DNA of 57,203 nt from assembly GCA_031426335.1 (NCBI GenBank), contig JANPLC010000169.1, positions 1 to 57,203 of the forward strand, in the 5' to 3' direction. A program made the translations under genes and the position numbers. Position 1 is the first letter of the stretch, and each line of letters begins with the position of its first letter. Below the pieces are notes generated by a model that was given only the letters and a program-made list of their open reading frames with translations, had not been told where the DNA came from and did no database searches. The DNA comes from Planctomycetota bacterium (GTDB lineage Bacteria > Planctomycetota > UBA11346). This document shows, in pieces, positions 40,032 through 49,492 of the stretch.

Positions 40032-40257
40032 TGCGGGTCCAGGGGCGGCAGAGCCCCTGGCGGGCGTAGCGGGCAGCGCCCGCGAACAACAATCCCCCGA
40101 GTGCGCCTGCGCGCACGAGCGGGGACAAGGCTTGGTTTAGCGTAGCGAAACACCCGGCGTAGCCGGGTCGCACCAGAACGATCGCCACGAAGTGGCGACC
40201 AGCGAAGCTGGCGAGCGGCACAGCCGCGATGTCGGGCTGGGGCGCAAGCCGCAGCTA
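40032..40257. repeat. Composite REP/MITE-like element, family B, copy 2 (immediately 3' of the AraC gene)
   Basis: Homologous blocks to 17309-17711, including the exact 36-bp core 40079-40114. Confidence 0.75.
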
Positions 40258-41067
40258 CGCCCAGGACTGGCCGCCGGAGCGGCGGTAGTCGGACGGAGCG
40301 ACACCGACCGCGCGTTTGAAGATGCGGGTAAAGTGGCTGAACGAGCTGAGGCCGACTTCGCCGGCAATCTGCGTCACCGACAAGGTGCTCTCCAGCAACA
40401 GCGATTTCGCCTGGACGATGCGCATGTCGGTGAGCCGCTGCAGCACGGTCTTGTTGGTGGCGGCACGGAACAAGCGCGCAAGGTGTGGCTCGCTGACGCC
40501 GACCGCCGAGGCGATCTCTTGGCGCAGCAACTGGCGATGGAGGTTCTTCTGCATGAAGACCTCCGCCTGATCGACCAATTCTTGATGGCGGATGGCATTG
40601 AGCGACGACAATGATGACGCTGGTTGTGGGATGCCGGTGGCGATGGCGCGCAGGTGACCGATCAGCAGGCGCACCGTCAGCGCACTGGTGAGGAATGGCG
40701 AATCATCACCGCGTGGTTGGCGCAATTCGCCGACCAGCGCTTGGATGTCGCCACGCATCTCACTGGGCAGCTTGAGCACGCGGCCCTCAAGTGGAGTCAT
40801 GTCGAGACGCGAGGACTCGAAAATGCACACCAGGTAGCCGGGAGCTTTCTGCCGGCACCAGGTCTCACGACTGGCCTTGGGCGGAATGACGATCGATTCT
40901 TCCGGGTGGAGTTCGAAGAAGCTGCCATTGATCGACACCGTCATGCCACCGTGCATGCAGTAGATCCATTGGTGGACCCGATGCTCATGCGCGCCGGTGT
41001 GGTAGGCGAGACTAGCCTCACGGTAGAACAGGCTGTCGATACGGATGGGGAAGGCGTTGGCAGTCAT
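40255..41067 (-). CDS. AraC family transcriptional regulator (cupin plus two HTH)
   Basis: HEH cupin motif; IASAVGVSEPHLARLF; AKSLL...SVTQIAGEVG.SSFSHFTRIFKR..GVAPSDYR. Confidence 0.93.
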   Translation of the reverse strand: MTANAFPIRIDSLFYREASLAYHTGAHEHRVHQWIYCMHGGMTVSINGSFFELHPEESIVIPPKASRETWCRQKAPGYLVCIFESSRLDMTPLEGRVLKLPSEMRGDIQALVGELRQPRGDDSPFLTSALTVRLLIGHLRAIATGIPQPASSLSSLNAIRHQELVDQAEVFMQKNLHRQLLRQEIASAVGVSEPHLARLFRAATNKTVLQRLTDMRIVQAKSLLLESTLSVTQIAGEVGLSSFSHFTRIFKRAVGVAPSDYRRSGGQSWA

Positions 41068-41170
41068 GGATGCGCTGTGATGTTCCGGGGGCCGGCGGTC
41101 AGTTCCAGCACCAGTGTACTGGTATTCACGCCCGCTGTTTTAGGACGCCTGCTCATGATGAGAGACCTGC

Positions 41171-42142
41171 TCATGACAGCTGCTGGCGCAAACGCGCGAG
41201 GATCTCGCGCTGGGCGGCTGCCAAGTTACCGATGAAGGTGCAGCCGGCCGCTTGGCGATGGCCACCGCCACCAAGGGCCTGGGCGACCGGGCCGACCTCA
41301 AAGGGCGGATTGGAGCGCATCGAACAACGCACGGTCTTGCGATCCTTGGCCTCACGCAGCAGGTAGGCCACTTGATTGCCGGCCAAACTGCGAGGGATCT
41401 CCACCATATCGCCCCAGTCTTCGGGCTCACCGACCGCACTGATGGCGGCAGCGCTCAGCACGATGCCGGCCAGGCGCGGCTCCTGGACATCGACCTGGAG
41501 GTTTTCGATGCCCATCTTCTGGATCAGCAGGTCGTGGGGCTTTTTGGTGTAGGCCAACGAGCGGTTGATCGCCGAAGCATCGATGCCGGTGTCGAGCAGC
41601 TTGGCCGTCCAGCGGAAGGTGTGCGCCGTGGTGTTGCTGTGCATGAAGCGACCGGTGTCGAACACGATGGTGGTGTAGAGACACTCTCCCAGTGTGCGGT
41701 CGAGCGGCACTTTCATGCGCCGCAGCAGCTTCTCCACCACCACGCCCGTGCTCTCCGCGTCGACATCGATGACGTTGATGTCACCGAAGCGCGTGTTGGT
41801 GACGTGGTGGTCAAGGTTGATCAGCGTGGTGCGTTTGACCTTGGACACTTCGCCGAGGCGTTCCAGATCGCCCGCGTCGCAGCTGATGATCAGATCTGCA
41901 CGTTTGGTCTTCGCCGCAGCAGCCTCGTCCTCAACCGCAGTGATGCGCTCAAAGCCCGGCAAGAAGGCATACATCGACACGACCTTGCTTGGGCAGCAGA
42001 AGCGCACCTGTTTGCCCATACCTTTAAGTGCGTGCACCAACGCGAGCCCCGCACCGACACCATCACCATCCGGATTGATGTGCGTGGTGATGATGATCGA
42101 CTTGGCGTTGGCGATGGCCTTGGCGGCGGCGGCGTAGGACAC
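41171..42142 (-). CDS. nrnA: DHH/DHHA1 phosphoesterase (bifunctional oligoribonuclease / pAp phosphatase NrnA-like)
   Basis: HINPDGD, LDHH, DTGRF, SMRS and GGGGH motifs; GTG start. Confidence 0.88.
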   Translation of the reverse strand: MSYAAAAKAIANAKSIIITTHINPDGDGVGAGLALVHALKGMGKQVRFCCPSKVVSMYAFLPGFERITAVEDEAAAAKTKRADLIISCDAGDLERLGEVSKVKRTTLINLDHHVTNTRFGDINVIDVDAESTGVVVEKLLRRMKVPLDRTLGECLYTTIVFDTGRFMHSNTTAHTFRWTAKLLDTGIDASAINRSLAYTKKPHDLLIQKMGIENLQVDVQEPRLAGIVLSAAAISAVGEPEDWGDMVEIPRSLAGNQVAYLLREAKDRKTVRCSMRSNPPFEVGPVAQALGGGGHRQAAGCTFIGNLAAAQREILARLRQQLS

Positions 42143-42359
42143 GGAAACTCCCCTGCAGGTTTCACCCGAACCATCCGTTCGGGCGGCAGGGCACTATCGA
42201 CGCCACTGTGTCGTGTCCAGGTACACCGGGGTGGAAGTCAATGTTGTCGCGCAAAGCAGAAATCTGGGACATGTTCATCAAGCCGGAGGTGGCATCCTGC
42301 CATCAACGCTACAGGTCTGACCAGTTTGCCCCGCGTCCCCCCCTCCTAGGCTCCCGCGC

Positions 42360-43847
42360 ATGCCCATCGACACCCGCGTCTTCACTGCCGGTACCTCCGG
42401 AAACTCCACCGTGACCCATCAACTGACCAAACGTACGCGCAAGCGTACCAAAATCGTCGCCACACTCGGCCCAGCGTCGAACAACGAAGAGGTGATTCGC
42501 GCCTTGTTCCAAGCGGGCATCAACCTCGCCCGCCTGAACATGAGCCACGGCGACCACAGCGACCACCTCGCGCGCCTGCAAATGATCCGGCGTATCAGCA
42601 AGGAATTGGAGCGCCCAGTCGCCATCTTGGCCGACTTGCAGGGGCCCAAAATCCGCACCGGTCGTCTGAAGGACAACCAGCCGGTGGAATGGAAGGTTGG
42701 CGATCAGGTGGTGATCACCGTCGCCGATTGCCCGGAAGGCACCGCTAAGCGTGTCGGCACCACCTACAGCGGCCTCGCCCGTGATGTGGTCAAGGGCAAC
42801 GTCATGCTCATCGATGACGGTCGCATGCGCGTCGAAGTCGACCACGTCGACGGTGACGACATCCACGGCACGGTGTTGGTGGGCGGCTGGCTCAAGAGCA
42901 ACAAGGGCATCAACCTGCCTGGGGTGAAGGTCTCGACGCCCTCGATCAGTGAGAAGGATAAAGCCGATCTCGCCTGGGCCATCGCCAACGATGTCGACTA
43001 CATCGCGCTCAGCTTCGTGCGCACCGCGCGCGATGTGCGCAACCTCAAGAACCGCATCGCTGAATCTGGTCGCGACATCCCGGTGATCTCCAAGATCGAA
43101 AAACCCGAGGCGGTCGAGCACATCGACGAGATTCTCCAGGAAACCGATGGCATCATGGTCGCGCGTGGCGATCTCGGCATCGAGATCAGCACGCAGCGCC
43201 TGCCGGTGGTGCAAAAGGACCTGATCACCAAGGCCAACCGCATGGGCAAGCTGGTGATCACCGCGACACAAATGCTGGAGTCGATGATCGAAAGCCCGAT
43301 CCCGACGCGTGCTGAATCCAGCGACGTGGCCAACGCCATCTTCGACGGCAGCGATGCGGTGATGCTCTCGGGCGAAACCGCCTCAGGCAAATATCCGGTC
43401 GAAGCCGTGGCCGAGATGACACGCATCGCCGCCGAGGCCGAGAAAAGCCCGTATATGCCGACGATGAAGCTCGATCGTAGCAGTTCGTCAGTCAATCCGT
43501 TCTCCTTCGCCTTCACCGGCGCGGCGGACTACCTCTCGCGCGAGATCAATGCCAACGGCGTGATGATCCTCAGCAACGGCACGGAAAAAGCCCTGCTGCT
43601 ATCGAAACGCCGCGGCAACATTCCGATGGTCGCGCTGTGTTACGACGAACGCACGTGGCGTCAGATGAGCCTGTTCTGGGGCGTGATCCCATTGCTCATC
43701 CCGTACATGGACAACCTCCACGACCTGCTGGAGAAGGCGACCGAGGAGTGCCTGCGCTTCGAAATCTTCAAAGAAGGCGACACCGTCGTGGTCATCAGCG
43801 GGTTGTCGTCAACTGGCGCTAATACCATCAAGGTGCATCAGATCTGA
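42360..43847 (+). CDS. pyk: Pyruvate kinase
   Basis: RTKIVATLGPAS, RLNMSHG, DLQGPKIRTG, SKIEK, IMVARGDLG, ATQMLESM, PTRAE.SDVANA, MLSGETASG. The start may instead be GTG at 42411. Confidence 0.96.
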   Translation: MPIDTRVFTAGTSGNSTVTHQLTKRTRKRTKIVATLGPASNNEEVIRALFQAGINLARLNMSHGDHSDHLARLQMIRRISKELERPVAILADLQGPKIRTGRLKDNQPVEWKVGDQVVITVADCPEGTAKRVGTTYSGLARDVVKGNVMLIDDGRMRVEVDHVDGDDIHGTVLVGGWLKSNKGINLPGVKVSTPSISEKDKADLAWAIANDVDYIALSFVRTARDVRNLKNRIAESGRDIPVISKIEKPEAVEHIDEILQETDGIMVARGDLGIEISTQRLPVVQKDLITKANRMGKLVITATQMLESMIESPIPTRAESSDVANAIFDGSDAVMLSGETASGKYPVEAVAEMTRIAAEAEKSPYMPTMKLDRSSSSVNPFSFAFTGAADYLSREINANGVMILSNGTEKALLLSKRRGNIPMVALCYDERTWRQMSLFWGVIPLLIPYMDNLHDLLEKATEECLRFEIFKEGDTVVVISGLSSTGANTIKVHQI

Positions 43848-43867
43848 CGCTCGGCTGAGATCTGTTC

Positions 43868-43913
43868 CACAACGCACAAACCCCTGGCAAATGCCAGGGG
43901 TTTGTGCGTTGTG
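43868..43913. terminator. Perfect 22-bp inverted repeat between convergent genes (probable bidirectional terminator)
   Basis: cacaacgcacaaacccctggca AA tgccaggggtttgtgcgttgtg. Confidence 0.8.
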
Positions 43914-43958
43914 TGGGAGGCTGACGTTGCTGGGAACCGGATGGTACTCCGCCCAGAA

Positions 43959-45458
43959 TCACTTCTCCGTCTTGGCTTCCGCGGCGGCACCTTTTTTGGG
44001 TGGCGCTTTTTCGGCTTTTTCACCCTCGGCGGCCGGCTTCGGCAACGGCGCACGTTTCACGACGCTGGCGCCCGTGAGCGGATCGCCCGGCTTGTCGCCG
44101 AAGACGCGGAAAGCGATGATGTGGCCGGTCGCGTCCGCGGTGTACAGCGAACGGTTCTGATCGCGGCTGTCCTGGTACTGGGCGACGAACACCGCTTGAC
44201 GCGCATCGGGACGACCGCGCACGTCGAGGTAGGCTTGGTGCATCTCATTGGTGTCCCAGCTCCACATCACCTTGCCGGTGGCGCGGTGCAGGGCATGGAT
44301 GACCGTGCTGTCACCCTTGCTGACGAACAGGTGTTCCGGCGTCGAGCCAACCAAGCGGTCGAAATGCGGCACGAACCACTCGACTCCCAGGCGTTCCACT
44401 TCGAGCGGATGTTTGGTCGGCTCGGCAAAGGGAACGGTGTCGGACTGGGTCTTGATCGCGTAGAGTCCAGCCGGCTTCTCGGTGCTGGCCTCGACCCACA
44501 GGTAGATCCGCCCAGGTTCGCCGTCGAAAGCGAAGGGCGCACGTTTGATCGCGCCGTTCATGTACAACGCGCCGACCCGTTCGCCCGACAGGCGATTCAA
44601 TGCATACAGCGTGTTGTTGTCGTTGCCGACGTAGAGCACCCGTCCGCGCGTCAGCACCGAGCCGTAGACTGCGGCGCCGCTATCGAACGACCACACCAGA
44701 TCGCGATCGAGCTTGAAGCAATGCACTTTGCCCGAGTGATCGCCAACGTAGATCTGCCCCTCATAGGCCACTGGTTCAGCGCTCAGCGGTTGGTGCAGAT
44801 TCCACTGCCACAGTGTGTAGGGGAAGTTCTTCTCGGGATGGTTGGTGACCACGCGCAGGCGGCCTTCCCAATCACCGAGGAACACCCGCTGGGTGGCATC
44901 GGCGCCGACCACTACTGGGCTGGTCGAGGGCGAGAACGGCAGTGCCCAACGCCAGACAATCTGGCCAAAGGTCGCGTCGAAGCTGAACAGCGTGTCGTCG
45001 GCGATGACCCACAGGCGATCGTCGGTGGCCGACTCGCCCTGGCGATTGATAGCCGTGGAACGGCTGGCACCAGGCAGCAGGCGCGCCGGCTTATCGAAAG
45101 CGGGGGTGACCCAACGGGTATTACCGCTGTAGGCATCAACGGCGTAGATCTCGTAAGTATCGACCACCTGGAAGAAGATGATGTCCGGCAATTCAGGGCT
45201 GATCCAGGCATTGCGGATGCGCTTGGGCAGTTGCAGGTCCCACGAATGTTCGAAGGAGGTATCCTTGAGCTTGCGTACCTGCTCAGCGCCATCGGCCTTG
45301 GCCGTGCTCGCGGGAGCGGGCGACGAAGTTTTGGTGGCCTTGGGCGCCGGCGCGTCGTCACGGTCACTGCCACAACCGCCAAGCGCGAGCGTCGCTGCGA
45401 CCAGGGTGGCAACCAGGGACACCGAGGTGCCCGTACGGAGAAGGGTCGAGGTCGACAT
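43959..45458 (-). CDS. Lipoprotein with PQQ-like beta-propeller repeats (BamB-like)
   Basis: Lipobox LGGC; repeats AVDAYSGNTRW, SFDATFGQIVW, ALNRLSGE, ALHRATGKVMW. Confidence 0.8.
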   Translation of the reverse strand: MSTSTLLRTGTSVSLVATLVAATLALGGCGSDRDDAPAPKATKTSSPAPASTAKADGAEQVRKLKDTSFEHSWDLQLPKRIRNAWISPELPDIIFFQVVDTYEIYAVDAYSGNTRWVTPAFDKPARLLPGASRSTAINRQGESATDDRLWVIADDTLFSFDATFGQIVWRWALPFSPSTSPVVVGADATQRVFLGDWEGRLRVVTNHPEKNFPYTLWQWNLHQPLSAEPVAYEGQIYVGDHSGKVHCFKLDRDLVWSFDSGAAVYGSVLTRGRVLYVGNDNNTLYALNRLSGERVGALYMNGAIKRAPFAFDGEPGRIYLWVEASTEKPAGLYAIKTQSDTVPFAEPTKHPLEVERLGVEWFVPHFDRLVGSTPEHLFVSKGDSTVIHALHRATGKVMWSWDTNEMHQAYLDVRGRPDARQAVFVAQYQDSRDQNRSLYTADATGHIIAFRVFGDKPGDPLTGASVVKRAPLPKPAAEGEKAEKAPPKKGAAAEAKTEK

Positions 45459-45474
45459 CAGTGGAGATCCTTTT

Positions 45475-45780
45475 TCACGTCCTGTTTGCGTCGTTCTGGG
45501 CTACGGCAGTGAATCGCTCGCCGCGTGCCTGTTCGTAAGCCTTGAACTGCGCCAGCCAGCCAGGCGCATCTTCGAGTTCGATCTTCAAGCGGTAGAGGTA
45601 GGGTTGTCCGACATCACGGCGGCGCAGATCCTCGGCGCAGTCATCCCAGTTGCCGCCGTACAACGAATGGACCACCACCACCAAGCGCTGCAGCTCCACG
45701 TCGAGGGCAGCGAACACCGCTGCTGGCGACTGGCTGACATCGAGCGGACTGCTCACGGGTGGATGTTCCTTGGTCGCCAC
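45475..45780 (-). CDS. Hypothetical protein (101 aa)
   Basis: Fills the gap between two same-strand genes with 16-20 bp spacing; GTG start; LYGGNWD...EDL..R..GQPYLYRL...LE.D core. Confidence 0.6.
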   Translation of the reverse strand: MATKEHPPVSSPLDVSQSPAAVFAALDVELQRLVVVVHSLYGGNWDDCAEDLRRRDVGQPYLYRLKIELEDAPGWLAQFKAYEQARGERFTAVAQNDANRT

Positions 45781-45800
45781 GGGTATCAGTCAGCGGCGGA

Positions 45801-46997
45801 TTACTCCGTGCGCTCCTTGAGGGTGGCCTTGAGATCCGGCAGTTTCTCGGCCGCCGCCGGCTTAGCGGCGCGCACCGCGTCATAGTACTCCCACAGCTCT
45901 TCTTCGACCTTGGGCTGGCGCACATTCTTGGCGTCGGTGATGTTGCCGAGGAAATACTTGGCATAGGCTACCGACTTGCGCTGGTGCAGGCGCTGGAAGG
46001 TGTTGACCCATTCCCAACCGCCCTTGACCAGTTCGTATTCATCCAAGTGACGGAAGTGTTCGTCACCTGGGCGCACATAACGCAGGGTGTAAACGCGGCG
46101 CATGAAGCGGGCGGCGACGTAGTTGCCGACCTCTTCGGGCTTGGATTCCGGAGCACGGATGCGGAACTTGTTCGACATGCCGCGCACTTCGACGGTGATC
46201 TTGTCACCGTAGACGCTCAGGCGATTGAACAACACCACGCCGAAGGCCTCGCCCTCGGCAACGCCTTCCTCATCACGTTTGCCCGCATCGTAGGGCGGCA
46301 GTTCCTTGGTGCGCAGTTCATCGACGGTCAGCAGGCGGCGCTGGGCGACCTCCTCGACCTCTTCGCGTACGCGCTTGAGCACGGTGTCGCGCGACAACTC
46401 GCCGTAATCGGGAAAATTGAAGGTGTTCTGCGAGCCACTGCCGACCGGCTCGTCGAGCAGTTGGATGCGCGTGCCATGTTCATTGTAGGCAACGACGGTG
46501 ATGTTGACCTTGCGCGTCCGCGGCTTGAGGTCTTCGCGATCAACAATCACCCCATCAGCGCCCGCCACGCCGTCGACTGCCAGCTTGGCGCCATCGGCCT
46601 TGGCGAATTGGTACTGCTCGGTGATGGATTTGAGAATCTCGTTGTAGCGGCTGGGCTTGGCGATGGTCGGCTTGGTCGCGTCTTTGATCTCGTTGCGCAG
46701 ACGGAAGGTCAGGTAGGTGTAGACGTGCAGGTTGCCCGTCTTGTCCTTGAGCGAGACCTCATCCATCATCAGCGGCTCGAAATTGAGCTCGTAGAGATCG
46801 GTGTCGCGCGATTGGACGAGCTTCTCCAGCTCGGCCTTCTGTTCCAAATATTCCTGGTTCGGAGTGCCGAACTCGGCCACTTCTGCGCCATGAAGCTGCG
46901 GTGCAACTCCGGTCAGGGCAAAGCTCGCCGTGGCTGCGACGGTCATGGCACTCGCGCGCACGGCCTGGGTGATCGAGCTAATGCGCAGATGGCGCAT
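45801..46997 (-). CDS. Hypothetical exported protein (about 398 aa)
   Basis: Long ORF with natural composition; GAGGAG RBS before MRHLRIS; hydrophobic leader; no family recognised. Confidence 0.75.
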   Translation of the reverse strand: MRHLRISSITQAVRASAMTVAATASFALTGVAPQLHGAEVAEFGTPNQEYLEQKAELEKLVQSRDTDLYELNFEPLMMDEVSLKDKTGNLHVYTYLTFRLRNEIKDATKPTIAKPSRYNEILKSITEQYQFAKADGAKLAVDGVAGADGVIVDREDLKPRTRKVNITVVAYNEHGTRIQLLDEPVGSGSQNTFNFPDYGELSRDTVLKRVREEVEEVAQRRLLTVDELRTKELPPYDAGKRDEEGVAEGEAFGVVLFNRLSVYGDKITVEVRGMSNKFRIRAPESKPEEVGNYVAARFMRRVYTLRYVRPGDEHFRHLDEYELVKGGWEWVNTFQRLHQRKSVAYAKYFLGNITDAKNVRQPKVEEELWEYYDAVRAAKPAAAEKLPDLKATLKERTE

Positions 46998-47230
46998 AGC
47001 GGCTCCTCTCAGAATGGTCGCAGCCGTGAACCCGACAACGGGCCTGCGGGCTGCCACTGGGAGTGGCGACACTAGATGGGAGGGGGGTGGCGACAAGGCA
47101 GCCGAACAACGGCTGTAGCCGCAGTGCATCAGACGGTGACTGGGGTTAAGGCCAGTGCCGAACGCGGATTGCAGAGGCCGTGCGAAACGCCTGAAGTCCC
47201 CGCCAGCTGTGGGTGGAAGCTGCCCGAGGC

Positions 47231-47767
47231 TCAGGGCTTGGGGGTCGCCGGAGCCGGCGGCGGCAGGGCGCGGTCGTCTTTTTGCTTCTCGATCGACAAC
47301 GATGGCGTGGCCACATCACCGGTCTTGGCGTCGGCGAGCGTCAGATCGATCTGGTAACGTTTGACCGGCAGGTCGCCAGTGGTGCCGTCGTTGGCCCCGA
47401 CCGCCCCTTTGAGCAGGAAGTCGGCACCGTCGGTGGTGTCCAGCACCTGGACCACGCCGCCGACGGCCAGAGCACGGGCCAGTTCGCTGCGGTGCAGGGC
47501 AAGGTCGACCTCACCCTTCGCCCGATCGCTGAAGTCGCCGAGAGCGACTTTGGGCACGCGACCGGTGCGGGTCTTGAATTCGCCGACCCAGGGACGTTTG
47601 AGCATCTCGCCCACCAGTTCGTCGGCGACCTTGGCGCTGTCGGCCTGGACCCACGCGCTGGCTGGCGGGGGCGGCGGGGCCTGGACGGTGGTCTCCTCCG
47701 CACGGCGGCTGCATCCGGCGAGGATGGTCACGGACAGCAACGCGGTGCAGAACACGGATGTGCGCAT
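47231..47767 (-). CDS. Lipoprotein, LpoB/CsgG-like fold
   Basis: Lipobox LAGC, Pro-rich linker, ADELVGEML..PW, GADFLLKG, YQIDLTLADAKTG. Confidence 0.65.
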   Translation of the reverse strand: MRTSVFCTALLSVTILAGCSRRAEETTVQAPPPPPASAWVQADSAKVADELVGEMLKRPWVGEFKTRTGRVPKVALGDFSDRAKGEVDLALHRSELARALAVGGVVQVLDTTDGADFLLKGAVGANDGTTGDLPVKRYQIDLTLADAKTGDVATPSLSIEKQKDDRALPPPAPATPKP

Positions 47768-47842
47768 GGATCCCCCAGGACAAGTCGTCGCGGCGCATCC
47801 TGTGTTGCGAGCGCCTGGGCGCAACTCTGCCATCGGGCATTC

Positions 47843-47870
47843 AGGTGCGAGGTGCGAGGCGCGAGGTGCG
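47843..47870. repeat. Heptamer tandem repeat (AGGTGCG)x4, one variant unit
   Basis: aggtgcg aggtgcg aggcgcg aggtgcg, with a decayed inverted partner at about 47885-47910. Confidence 0.7.
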
Positions 47871-47928
47871 CTTTCTCAACCCTGCGCAGCGCGACCCCCA
47901 CGTCGCACATGCCCTTACCACAAACCGC

Positions 47929-48477
47929 TCACGAGCGACGCAGGTCGGTACTCTCGACCCGCAAGCGCACGCCATCACCACCGTCAGGATAATATGCCGC
48001 CAGCGTTTCCTGTACGGCGAAACCCAAGCGTTCGTAAAGAGCGCGGGCGGCGGCGTTATCGTGACGGACTTCCAGGGACAACGCGGTGATGGTCGCTGGC
48101 AGGCGCTCGGCCAGCTGACGGATCAACAGCCCACCAATGCCGCGACCACGTTCCTGCGGATCGACCGCCAGGGAATACAGCCGCGCGGTGTATCCCCCTT
48201 TCCGCAACAGAGCATTGAGCGCGCCGACCACCCGGCCGTTGCTCAGCGCCACCACCGTCAGCGAACTACCGCGGGTCTTCGCCGGCCCCAGTAGATGGCG
48301 CCAAGTCGAGCGCGCGAAGCGGTCAGACGGGATGAAGCTGCGCGCTTCCAAATCGATGATCGCCTGGAGATGTGTTGGCCCAGCTACGTCGACACGCAAC
48401 GCGGCGGGATCCTGCGGCGCTGGCTTCTTCGCCTCACCCGGCTCGTCCGGCGCCACGGGCACCGCGCGCGAGTTCAC
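47929..48477 (-). CDS. GNAT acetyltransferase (RimI-like)
   Basis: ARLYSLAVDPQERGRGIG, LEVRHDNAAARALYERLGF, YYPDGGDG; GTGA overlap with the ATP-grasp gene. Confidence 0.88.
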   Translation of the reverse strand: MNSRAVPVAPDEPGEAKKPAPQDPAALRVDVAGPTHLQAIIDLEARSFIPSDRFARSTWRHLLGPAKTRGSSLTVVALSNGRVVGALNALLRKGGYTARLYSLAVDPQERGRGIGGLLIRQLAERLPATITALSLEVRHDNAAARALYERLGFAVQETLAAYYPDGGDGVRLRVESTDLRRS

Positions 48478-49394
48478 GCGCTGGCGCCGCTCTTGAGTTC
48501 GTACCAGCCTTCCCACGGCTCGCCGGCCAAGTGGCGGACGACGTTGCGGTAGACCTCGGGACTATTGATGTCCTCGACCCCCGCATCGATGTTGGGGTTG
48601 TCGTTGACCTCGATGACGATGAAGCCGCCGTCGATCTCTTTGATGTCAACTCCATAGAGGCTGCGACCAATGGAGCCACCAGCCTTGAGGGCGACCTCAA
48701 TCAGGCGCGGGTCAATCTGGCTCCTCTCCACTCCCACCACTTCACAAATGTTCGGGCGGCCTTCGTTATCACGGTCGTGGGCCTTCCACGCTCCCTGCGC
48801 CATCACGTATTTGACTGCGAACAGCACCTTGCCGTCGAGAATGGTGACGCGCCAGTCGAACGACGAGGGCAGGTATTGCTGCACCACCAAACGATCAGCG
48901 CGGCGCAGAAAACGTTTGCCGACCTTCACGAAGGACGCCTCGTCGTGGACCTTTTCCACATAGGCGCTGAAGGACGAGTTCGGCGCTTTGAGCACCAGCG
49001 GCCGACCGTAGCTCTCGAACAGTTCTTTGGCCTGTTCGACCGTCACTTCATCTTCGGTCAGGAAGCAGGTGTCGGGGATCGGCACGTCCGCACGCATCAG
49101 GTGCTGGTACATGTTGACCTTGTCGCAGCACACCATGATCGAATCCGGCTCATCGATCACGCGTAGGCCATGCACTTCCGCGAGGCGCGCCGCGACGTAG
49201 CTGGTATTGAGCGGATCGGTGAGCGCGCGGATGAGCAGCCCATCGTAACGCGGGATGTTCATGATCTCCGAGCGAAACAAAAAGTCGCAGTCATGACCGA
49301 GTTTCGCCGCAGCAATGCGGAAGTTGGTCAGCGCCGTCAGTTCGACGGCGCGGCGGATGGTGTAACGTTCAGTGAAGATCGCGAGACGGGCCAT
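48474..49394 (-). CDS. RimK-like ATP-grasp ligase
   Basis: CDKVNM, PLVLKAPNSSFS..VEKV, QQYLPSSFDWRV, LYGVDIKE, IEVNDNP. Confidence 0.9.
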   Translation of the reverse strand: MARLAIFTERYTIRRAVELTALTNFRIAAAKLGHDCDFLFRSEIMNIPRYDGLLIRALTDPLNTSYVAARLAEVHGLRVIDEPDSIMVCCDKVNMYQHLMRADVPIPDTCFLTEDEVTVEQAKELFESYGRPLVLKAPNSSFSAYVEKVHDEASFVKVGKRFLRRADRLVVQQYLPSSFDWRVTILDGKVLFAVKYVMAQGAWKAHDRDNEGRPNICEVVGVERSQIDPRLIEVALKAGGSIGRSLYGVDIKEIDGGFIVIEVNDNPNIDAGVEDINSPEVYRNVVRHLAGEPWEGWYELKSGASA

Positions 49395-49402
49395 GTCTTA
49401 TC

Positions 49403-49482
49403 GTCCGATGTCCGATGTCCGATGTCCGATGTCTCGTCCGTGCACCGTGCTGTCCTGACATCGGACATCGGACATCGGACAT
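49403..49482. repeat. Heptamer tandem array (GTCCGAT)x4 with inverted (ATCGGAC)x3, a hairpin in the RLAN/ATP-grasp spacer
   Basis: Read directly at 49403-49433 and 49457-49482. Confidence 0.88.
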
Positions 49483-49492
49483 GCGACGGCTG

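Noticed and set aside
43902-45512. 536-aa plus-strand ORF
   Set aside because: Shadow of the beta-propeller lipoprotein.
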